Source: Promethearchaeota archaeon
GTDB lineage: Archaea; Asgardarchaeota; Lokiarchaeia; Sigyniarchaeales; SOKP01
Direction of reading: 5' to 3'
Length of the DNA stretch: 64,000 nucleotides
Assembly: GCA_030599585.1 (NCBI GenBank)
Contig: JAUVNS010000004.1
Span: 192,001 to 256,000 of the forward strand
The notes beneath the pieces are model-generated. The model did no database searches and was not told where the DNA came from. It saw only the letters and a list, made by a program, of their open reading frames with translations. Below, piece after piece: positions 9,681-17,165 of this stretch. Both the position numbers and the translations under genes were made by a program. Numbering within the stretch: position 1 is the first letter of the stretch; each line of letters begins with the position of its first letter.

Positions 9681-9860
9681 ATGGAAAAAGAAGTTCTTGA
9701 CGAAATTGAAAGTCAAATTGCCTTAGAAAACAGTATAATTCAAATAAAGGGAGAAAACAAACACGCAAATAAAAATATCTTTTGGAAATACCTAGATTAT
9801 TCAAACTGGGTTCCAGGAGAAATTGAAATTGAAGAAGAAATTAAGAAAGACTATATTTGA
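9681..9860 (+). CDS. Small acidic protein (59 aa, MEKEVLDEIESQ...DYSNWVPGEIEIEEEIKKDYI)
   Basis: GGAGGTGAAAAA-ATG; one codon below the ORF-track cutoff; shares DxSxxxPG[QE]IExE with 9046 ORF. Confidence 0.75.
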   Translation: MEKEVLDEIESQIALENSIIQIKGENKHANKNIFWKYLDYSNWVPGEIEIEEEIKKDYI

Positions 9861-9904
9861 TAGAAAAGAAAATCTATTAAGAAATAGTTTAATATTTAAG
9901 TTTC

Positions 9905-11080
9905 CTAATTGAGAATCTTTTCTATTCTTTCTAAGGCTTCTTTTATTTTATCAATTGGTTGAGTTAAAGCAAATCTAACAAATCCCTCTCCATATGTGCC
10001 AAAACCCGTGCCAGGAGTCAGAACTACTCCTTCGTTAATTAATTTTTTAATGAATTCCATGCTATTTGTTTCTCCTTCCGGAATGTGGGTCCAGACATAT
10101 AAGGTCGCTTTAGGCTTGTCTGTGTTCCAACCGATATCATTAAGGCCCTTCACCAAAACATCACGCCTTTTTTCATATATTTTCATGTTATTTCTTACGA
10201 TATTAGGTTTTTCTCCTGATTTGTACTCATTTAAACCTTTTACTACGGCTTTTTGGATAAAAATTGGGCATCCTGAATCAGTATGAGACTTAACCTTCCT
10301 TAGTCCACTAATAATATCCTTATCTCCCACTGCCCAACCGCACCTAAATCCCGTCATACAGAACATCTTTGACGAGCTATTAATTTCTATGTGATTCTGA
10401 TCTATCTGTAAAAGCGATGGAGCTATATAATCCTCGTAAGTGAATTCTGAATACGGATTGTCATAGACGATGACGAAATTGTAATCTTCTGCGTTATCTG
10501 CGGCTTCTTTTAGAAATTTTTTCGATGCAATTGCCCCAGTTGGATTATTTGGGTAATTTAAATACATTAACTTGGCTTTTTTTAAAATTTCGCTCTCAAT
10601 AACTTCAAAATCGGGTAAAAAATCATTTTCTCTAAGCAAAGGAATCGTATGTATTTTTCCATCACATAATTTAGTGGCACCATTTTCATATACGGGATAA
10701 CCGGGGTTGGGACATAATACAATATCTCCGGGATTGACAAATACTCTCGCGATATTAGCTACCCCCTCTTTTCCTCCTATTAAATTGGTTACTTCATCGT
10801 TAGCATCAAGTTTTAAATTAAACCTGACATCATACCACTTTTGTACAGCTTCTCTGAAATCTTGTTCTCCTTTACTTGAGGGATAATTTTGGTTTTCGGA
10901 GATTTTTACTTGATTAATTAGTTCATTAATAATCAGATCTGGAGTCGTTAAATCCGGGTCACCAATCCCTAATGGGATGATGTTTATTCCTTCCTTTTTC
11001 TTATCGTTGACCAATTGCTCAATTTCTGCGAAAATATATCCTGGTAGCTTATTAATCCTATTTGCATATGTAATTTTAAT
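9905..11080 (-). CDS. dapL: LL-diaminopimelate aminotransferase-like class I/II PLP enzyme; probable ATT start
   Basis: LGIGDPD, NYPNNPTG, YDNPYSE, SSSKMFCMTGFRCG; family-typical N-terminus ANRINKLPGYIFAEI lies upstream of the track start (11014). Confidence 0.8.
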   Translation of the reverse strand: MKITYANRINKLPGYIFAEIEQLVNDKKKEGINIIPLGIGDPDLTTPDLIINELINQVKISENQNYPSSKGEQDFREAVQKWYDVRFNLKLDANDEVTNLIGGKEGVANIARVFVNPGDIVLCPNPGYPVYENGATKLCDGKIHTIPLLRENDFLPDFEVIESEILKKAKLMYLNYPNNPTGAIASKKFLKEAADNAEDYNFVIVYDNPYSEFTYEDYIAPSLLQIDQNHIEINSSSKMFCMTGFRCGWAVGDKDIISGLRKVKSHTDSGCPIFIQKAVVKGLNEYKSGEKPNIVRNNMKIYEKRRDVLVKGLNDIGWNTDKPKATLYVWTHIPEGETNSMEFIKKLINEGVVLTPGTGFGTYGEGFVRFALTQPIDKIKEALERIEKILN

Positions 11081-11322
11081 TTAAAACACCACGTAAATTT
11101 CAGTAAATAAAAAATTGTACTAACTCATTCACAAATAGATAAAAATGTTATGAAATAGATTAAGCAATTAAGCAAGAACAAATCAACTATTATTCAAAAA
11201 AGTCAAAATTTTACCCCTAGAATTTAGCTTAGTTTATATTCTATAACCGATTATTTAAAATCTAATTTTATTTTTATATATATTTATTGAATGATTATTT
11301 GAAAAAAGGTGTAGTATATTAA

Positions 11323-11736
11323 ATGGGTCGTCATACAAGGTTAAGACAGGTAAAGGATCCTCCACATAATTTCTATTTTCAATCTGAGAATGACAATTCT
11401 TCAGTAGGATTAAATATCGCAGAATTTGAAGCCTTAAGGTTAAAACATTACATTTCCTTAACCCAAAAAAGTTCCGCTGATACCATGGGAGTGTCCCAAC
11501 CTACATTTTCGCGAATTTTGGAGAAAGCTCACGAAAAAATAACGCAAGCACTTATAGAAGGAAAAGATATCCGCGTTTATGGGGGGAAAATTAATTTTAA
11601 GCAAGCTTATAGAGGTTATGGATGTTTAGATTGCGACGAAGAGTGGAAAGATGAATTAGCTTCTAAAGATCGTGGTGTAAACTGCCCTAATTGTAAAAGT
11701 AAAAAAGTCTATTTTTTAGTACGAGAACCGCTCTAA
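11323..11736 (+). CDS. DUF134-family HTH DNA-binding protein with C-terminal zinc ribbon
   Basis: EFEALRLKH...TQ..AD.MGVSQPTFSRIL..A..KI..AL.EGK; CxxC...CPxC. Confidence 0.88.
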   Translation: MGRHTRLRQVKDPPHNFYFQSENDNSSVGLNIAEFEALRLKHYISLTQKSSADTMGVSQPTFSRILEKAHEKITQALIEGKDIRVYGGKINFKQAYRGYGCLDCDEEWKDELASKDRGVNCPNCKSKKVYFLVREPL

Positions 11737-11865
11737 TAATAAATGATTAAGAAGCTGAAGCGTAAAAAAATCCTTACATCCCCTTAAACACAGAATTTTA
11801 ATTAAAATAAATACTTATCATTCTAATTATTTTTAAAAGACTTCATTTTAAGTAGATGATAATTT

Positions 11866-12975
11866 ATGGATAAAGAACAAAATAAAGTATGGTATAAAGC
11901 AGCAAGAACTATAGTCAAAGCAGGACAACTTCCTATGGTAGTTAACGATAATCTTATTGAGCTATTGAAATTGATTATGACTGATGAACAAGCTGAATTT
12001 ATAACAGTATTCAAAAAACCATCACTAAGTATTGATCAGTTAAAAGATAAGACTAATTTAGATGAGGAAGCTTTAACCCCGATATTAAACGATTTAATGA
12101 ACAAAGGAGTTATCGTTGGTGTTCCTAGTAGGAGGTCGGGTGTCATGGTGTACAGACTTCTCGGACCTTTTCCTGGTATTTTTGAGTTCCAGTTCATGAG
12201 AGGAGAAACGGGAGAAAAACAAAAGAAACTTGCCCAAATTTTCGACAATCTTTTTAAAGAATTAAGCAAAGGAGCTCAAAAAAATTACGATACCCTCGTA
12301 GAACAATATAAAAAGTTCCCTCCAATAACTAGAGTTGTCCCCGTTGAAGAGGAAATTGAAGATGTTCCCGTTGATAAGATATTACCACATGAAGAAGTTT
12401 CTAGAATAGTAGACAAGTATGATGATATCGCTTTGGTTCATTGTTACTGTAGACATGAAAAGGATTTGCTTGGACACTCATGTACCGTGACAGATGAGCG
12501 ATTAAATTGTTTTCTTTTAGGGAAGAGCGCTCAGTTTGCTATAGAACATAAATTCGGAAACAAAATCTCTAAAAATGATGCGAAAGCAATAATCAACAAA
12601 GCGTCTGATGAAGGTCTGGTTCATAAAGCATTTCATATTCACCTAAAACCAGAATTGGATGAAGAGGCTATCTGCAACTGCTGTAAATGTTGCTGTGGAA
12701 TTTTTTCGCTTTTTTGGAGGGGTATTTCGCCTTACCATTGCTATACTAGCTATTTAGCGGAAGTAGAAGAAGATTTATGCGTAGGATGTGGAACATGTGT
12801 AGAGAAGTGCCCAATGGAAGCAATTGATTTAGTTGAAGATATTGCCGTAATAGATAATAGTAGATGTATTGGTTGCGGTGTATGTGTTCATCATTGCCCT
12901 GAAGATGCAATGAAATTAGACCGAACAGGGAATAGGGAAGTTTTTGTTCCACCACCTAGGATAAAAACAACATAA
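11866..12975 (+). CDS. 4Fe-4S dicluster protein (N-terminal wHTH-like region, CxCR / CNCCxCCC domain, C-terminal 2x[4Fe-4S] ferredoxin)
   Basis: HCYCRH, ICNCCKCCC, two CxxCxxCxxxCP motifs. Confidence 0.88.
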   Translation: MDKEQNKVWYKAARTIVKAGQLPMVVNDNLIELLKLIMTDEQAEFITVFKKPSLSIDQLKDKTNLDEEALTPILNDLMNKGVIVGVPSRRSGVMVYRLLGPFPGIFEFQFMRGETGEKQKKLAQIFDNLFKELSKGAQKNYDTLVEQYKKFPPITRVVPVEEEIEDVPVDKILPHEEVSRIVDKYDDIALVHCYCRHEKDLLGHSCTVTDERLNCFLLGKSAQFAIEHKFGNKISKNDAKAIINKASDEGLVHKAFHIHLKPELDEEAICNCCKCCCGIFSLFWRGISPYHCYTSYLAEVEEDLCVGCGTCVEKCPMEAIDLVEDIAVIDNSRCIGCGVCVHHCPEDAMKLDRTGNREVFVPPPRIKTT

Positions 12976-12992
12976 TCAAGGAGGAATCTGTT

Positions 12993-14087
12993 TTGTCTGA
13001 AAAATTATGGTATCAACTTGCTAGAAATATTTTAAAGGCAGGAGGTCCACCTGTACCCATTAATGAGTCCCTTATTGAATTGTTAAAGCTATTGATAAAC
13101 GATGAGCAATTAAGATTTCTTTTAAAGTTCAGAAAATCTCTTAATTGGGAACAAATTGAATCAAAATTTGATTTAGATGAAGCTTCATTAAATAAAATGT
13201 TAAATGAATTAATGCACATCGGAATGATAACGGCTATACCTAGTAGGACTACTGGTATAATGGTTTATCGCTTAGTAGCTTTTCTACCGGGATTATTGGA
13301 ATTTACTCTCATGCGAGGCCAAACAGGAGTAAAACAAAAGAAACTTGCGAAACTATGGGAACAGTTGTTTAAAGATGAAGCAGAAATAACTCGAAAAAAC
13401 CATGATATTGTAATGAACGCATTTAAAAACGCGCCACCTATCGATAGGGTGATCCCCATTGAACAACAAATCGAACCACATGAAGAATTAACTTTACCTG
13501 AAGAAGAAGTAAGAAAAATCATAGAAAAATACGATACTATTGGCGTTTCACATTGCTATTGCAGGCACTTTAAAGATTTACTAAACGATTCATGTAAAAT
13601 TAATGCACCACGGCAGAATTGTTTAAGTTTTGGCAGAACTGCTAAATTTGCAATCGATCAAAGTTTTGCTAAGAAAATCTCTAAAAAAGAGGCTTTGAAG
13701 ATATTAAAGGAAGCAGAAGATTTCGGGCTAATTCATAAAACCTTTCATGTAAAAGGAGATCCATATTTGGAAGAGCTAGCAATCTGCAACTGTTGTCGCT
13801 GCTGTTGTCAAAATCTTCAAGCCTTTTATAACGGCGCTTCTCCTACACATACTTATACTTCTTATATTGCACATGTTAGTGAAGTCGATTGCGTTGGATG
13901 CAGTACGTGTTTAGAATTATGTCCAATGGATGCAATTGATTTAGAAGATGCTTCCGCTATCGTAAACGAAGAAAGATGTATTGGTTGTGGAGTTTGCGCA
14001 AATAATTGTCCTGAAGATGCTATAGAACTGCAACGGACAGGGCTTAGGAAGGTTTTTATTCCCCCTCCCAAAGTTTCAACTGCTTAA
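12993..14087 (+). CDS. 4Fe-4S dicluster protein, tandem paralogue of 11866..12975
   Basis: GGAGG SD + TTG; HCYCRH, ICNCCRCCC, two ferredoxin motifs; aligned end to end with upstream gene. Confidence 0.88.
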   Translation: MSEKLWYQLARNILKAGGPPVPINESLIELLKLLINDEQLRFLLKFRKSLNWEQIESKFDLDEASLNKMLNELMHIGMITAIPSRTTGIMVYRLVAFLPGLLEFTLMRGQTGVKQKKLAKLWEQLFKDEAEITRKNHDIVMNAFKNAPPIDRVIPIEQQIEPHEELTLPEEEVRKIIEKYDTIGVSHCYCRHFKDLLNDSCKINAPRQNCLSFGRTAKFAIDQSFAKKISKKEALKILKEAEDFGLIHKTFHVKGDPYLEELAICNCCRCCCQNLQAFYNGASPTHTYTSYIAHVSEVDCVGCSTCLELCPMDAIDLEDASAIVNEERCIGCGVCANNCPEDAIELQRTGLRKVFIPPPKVSTA

Positions 14088-14130
14088 AATAGTTCCTTTC
14101 TGCATAAATTTACAACAAATTTAAGGTAAA

Positions 14131-14571
14131 TCATAAATAATTAGCAAAAAAATCAATCACATTAAGCAATTTATTCGTCTTAAGTTCCATCGCTAACCTA
14201 ACACATTCTACTTTAGCAAGCAAAACCATATCAAATTCTCTAAAAATCTCATGTTGAAAAGTAATCGAAGATGTACCAATTTTTTTTATCTGAGTTTCAA
14301 CTATAACATAATCACCAAATTTTGCTGAACCTTCATAAGTTATATCCACTTTCTTAACCCCAAAAACAGTCCCTTCATGGAGAGTATCCTCTATCCTTTT
14401 TGGAGATAAAATATTATTCATAAAACTAACAAATCCATCGTCAAAATAAACAACGTAATTTTTAAAATGAACTATACCCATCGCATCAGTATCATTAAAC
14501 CTTACTTTTACTCTTGTGCTATCCCTTACTTCAATAAGCTTTTCAATTAAATTGTTTTTCATTTTTAACAC
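14131..14571 (-). CDS. Acyl-CoA thioesterase (4HBT/YbgC hot-dog fold)
   Basis: VRFNDTDAMGIVHFKNYVVYFD motif. Confidence 0.9.
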   Translation of the reverse strand: MLKMKNNLIEKLIEVRDSTRVKVRFNDTDAMGIVHFKNYVVYFDDGFVSFMNNILSPKRIEDTLHEGTVFGVKKVDITYEGSAKFGDYVIVETQIKKIGTSSITFQHEIFREFDMVLLAKVECVRLAMELKTNKLLNVIDFFANYL

Positions 14572-14601
14572 ACGTTATAATTATTAATTTTTAATATTTT
14601 A

Positions 14602-16188
14602 TCAAATTAAACTTTCCCCAACAACGCTTGGATGCGGTTTCTTTCCTAATAACTTTAGTAAAGAAGGAACGATATCAGTTATTTTACAATGTGAAACTTC
14701 CTTTCTTGTTATATCTTTTGAACCTCCAATAATTAGTGGAACAACCGCAGATTTTTTAAGACCTATATCGTGCAAATACAAATTTTTATTTTCTTTTTTA
14801 CCGTGTTTCATATTATACGCAACATCACCGCAGGTACTAACTATTATGTCTGCCCTCCTCGGATTTTTAAAGTTTCGCGAAAGTAAATCTGGGTATAATG
14901 GATAGTCAATGTGAAAAGTAGCATCTAACCATTCATTTAACGTGTGAAATTTATTGTCTAATAGCTTACTTGCAATATCGTCGTTGATATAATTAAACAC
15001 GTCCTTATCACCAGTTTCTGTGGAGTACTTAGTTTTAAATTCCTTGCCACTTCCTGTATATTCTATAGAACCTTTTACAATTTTTCCCGTGGTTTGATCC
15101 CTTCTTTTTAAATAGATTTTTCCTTTTTTAGAAGTGTTCTCATCTTCACAGTAATACATTAGACGGGCGCCTTTAATAGTAAACAGCTTTTCTAATAGGT
15201 TAATTTGTTTTGGACCATAGTTCTCCATCTCTGAAATGGAAGGATGATTCCAATTTTGTCCATTACCATTGCTGTTTGATTTAAAATTGAAAAACCCTAC
15301 GCTATTAAATCCACCCAAATTCATATTTCCTTTATTATTCTTTCGTGGGTGGTAATTGTTTAGGCCATTTTCGCTAAAGAAATTTCCAAAATCCCCTAGA
15401 GTTTTTGCTTTATAGTTTCCATGATCAGAGGAGATAGCAATAGCAGTTTCTTCTAAATATCCTAGTTTATCCAATCCTTCGAGTAGTACTCCAAGTACTT
15501 TATCAATGTGAAATAAATTGAGTTTATACAGATTTGAATCAAATCCATAAAGGTGCATTATTATATCTGAAGATAAGAATAAAAGGTTAGAGGCTATTGG
15601 AGCTTCTTTAGTCTCGAAATATTTCTTCGGGTTTTCAAAAGTTTTTAGTAACTTATTTACGGCAACTAAGTTAGCTTTCCTAATGTACCTGTTAACATTA
15701 TAAGAATGTTTTATTAAAAGGTAATACAAAATTAATTTAGTTTTTCTCTCGGGGAAAAGATAACTAACACCCCTACTAATAAATTGACTTATACTTACTG
15801 TGTTTCCTTCTCCGACCATCTCAAATAAAGTTTTACAGTTATTGCCCAAGTCATCGTTTAATTTATAAATCTGAATTCTTTCGTCCGATCCTATAGAATT
15901 ATATGATCTTAAAAAAGGGGGAACCTCGTTTCGTCCCATCCAATGAAAAGAGGGAATTCCATGGCATAATTCTTCCAAGTAATTTCCAGTGTAAGTACCA
16001 GTCATCATTGATACTTGAGTCGGATAGGTCAATGAAGGGAAATCCGTTATACAATTTTTTGAATAAATTCCTTCCTTCATTAACAGTTTAAGATTAGGAA
16101 GTGACCCCTCGTTGATGAGTTTGAAAAATTGATCAGATCGTACATCATCTATGATACAAAAAATGACATGTTTTATCTGATTCATCAA
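14602..16188 (-). CDS. Alkaline phosphatase superfamily, nucleotide pyrophosphatase/phosphodiesterase type
   Basis: IIDDVR, FPSLTYP (Thr nucleophile), DIIMH, SSDHG, late His ligand. Confidence 0.85.
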   Translation of the reverse strand: MMNQIKHVIFCIIDDVRSDQFFKLINEGSLPNLKLLMKEGIYSKNCITDFPSLTYPTQVSMMTGTYTGNYLEELCHGIPSFHWMGRNEVPPFLRSYNSIGSDERIQIYKLNDDLGNNCKTLFEMVGEGNTVSISQFISRGVSYLFPERKTKLILYYLLIKHSYNVNRYIRKANLVAVNKLLKTFENPKKYFETKEAPIASNLLFLSSDIIMHLYGFDSNLYKLNLFHIDKVLGVLLEGLDKLGYLEETAIAISSDHGNYKAKTLGDFGNFFSENGLNNYHPRKNNKGNMNLGGFNSVGFFNFKSNSNGNGQNWNHPSISEMENYGPKQINLLEKLFTIKGARLMYYCEDENTSKKGKIYLKRRDQTTGKIVKGSIEYTGSGKEFKTKYSTETGDKDVFNYINDDIASKLLDNKFHTLNEWLDATFHIDYPLYPDLLSRNFKNPRRADIIVSTCGDVAYNMKHGKKENKNLYLHDIGLKKSAVVPLIIGGSKDITRKEVSHCKITDIVPSLLKLLGKKPHPSVVGESLI

Positions 16189-16327
16189 ATTCTAAAATAC
16201 GGTGCTTTCTTAAAAGTTTTAATATTCACTACCGAATTTTATTTAATATCATTGATATTCATGAGTAATAACTAAAATACAATATTTTTTTTTAATAGTA
16301 ATATAAGAGAAAAAAAAGAGAAGAAAA

Positions 16328-16426
16328 AGCCTCCGGTGGGACTTGAACCCACGACCGGCTGATTACAAATGCAGCAGATTAAAATATTAATCTGTGTCAG
16401 CTGCTCTACCGCTGAGCCACGGAGGC
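16328..16426 (-). tRNA. tRNA-Thr(UGU) with 27-nt intron (16369-16395) at non-canonical position 32/33
   Basis: GCCTCCG acceptor stem, GCTC/GAGC D arm, GGTTCAAGTCC T arm; removing the intron gives anticodon arm GCTGA-CTTGTAA-TCAGC; CCA not encoded. Confidence 0.95.
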
Positions 16427-16578
16427 TTAAATGTTTTATTTAAAAATAATATTACTAGAATTTTTAATTTTGTGGTTTTAGACGCATAAAAAATTCAACA
16501 CAAATAATTAAATGTTAACTTTACTTTTTCTTTAATTAAATACTTAATATTCTGTAGTATCGAAAAGGAGTTTTAATT

Positions 16579-16926
16579 TTGTTTACAAAGGAAGAAGTGG
16601 AAGTTCTGGCTTATCAGCGCTATACCTCGGGAGAAGGTTACGATAAATCCGTTTGGTACTTAGCTGAGCTTGTAGTTAAGATTTTAAAAAATGTAAAAAA
16701 CGGCGGCGACATAAAGCCCCTTGAAACAGACAATCTAGTCTTGTTAATAAACGATGGTGTTAACGGAGAACTTATAGAACCTACTAATGAAGAAATTAAA
16801 GAATTATCTCAAGTTATTTACCACGAACATCCTGAAAAGAGCAAGCTTCACTTTTTTATTGCAGAAAAACAGTTACTTCTTCGTGAAATACAAAAAGTTA
16901 TTGAAGAACATAGTAAAACCCAGTAA
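16579..16926 (+). CDS. Hypothetical protein with two DUF2934-like helical repeats
   Basis: AAGGAG SD + TTG; TKEEVEVLAYQRY...WYLAE and TNEEIKELSQVIY...FFIAE. Confidence 0.7.
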   Translation: MFTKEEVEVLAYQRYTSGEGYDKSVWYLAELVVKILKNVKNGGDIKPLETDNLVLLINDGVNGELIEPTNEEIKELSQVIYHEHPEKSKLHFFIAEKQLLLREIQKVIEEHSKTQ

Positions 16927-17165
16927 TTTTTATTTATTGAGTTGCAGCTGTTAATGTGCAATCCTTTACCTTTATTGTTGGTATAAATGTAGGCGTTATC
17001 GCTTAACAAATTAAGAGAATTTTAGAGTTTCTTAAAAAACAAACAAACCTAATCTGTCTCCTTTTTTAAATTATCTTAATCACTTAACATATTAAACTCA
17101 GAATAGTTCAGATTAAAACCTTAAAAATAATAATTATAAATAGTAAATTAATTGCATTAGTAAAA

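Noticed and set aside
9616-9804. 62-aa minus-strand ORF from the track
   Set aside because: Antisense to the SD-supported 9681..9860 ORF; no SD or motif.
11081-11322. Lys-rich leader peptide upstream of dapL
   Set aside because: No uORF with Lys enrichment plus hairpin found.
16328-16426. tRNA as integration site of a mobile element
   Set aside because: No duplicated tRNA 3' end or integrase noticed in the window.
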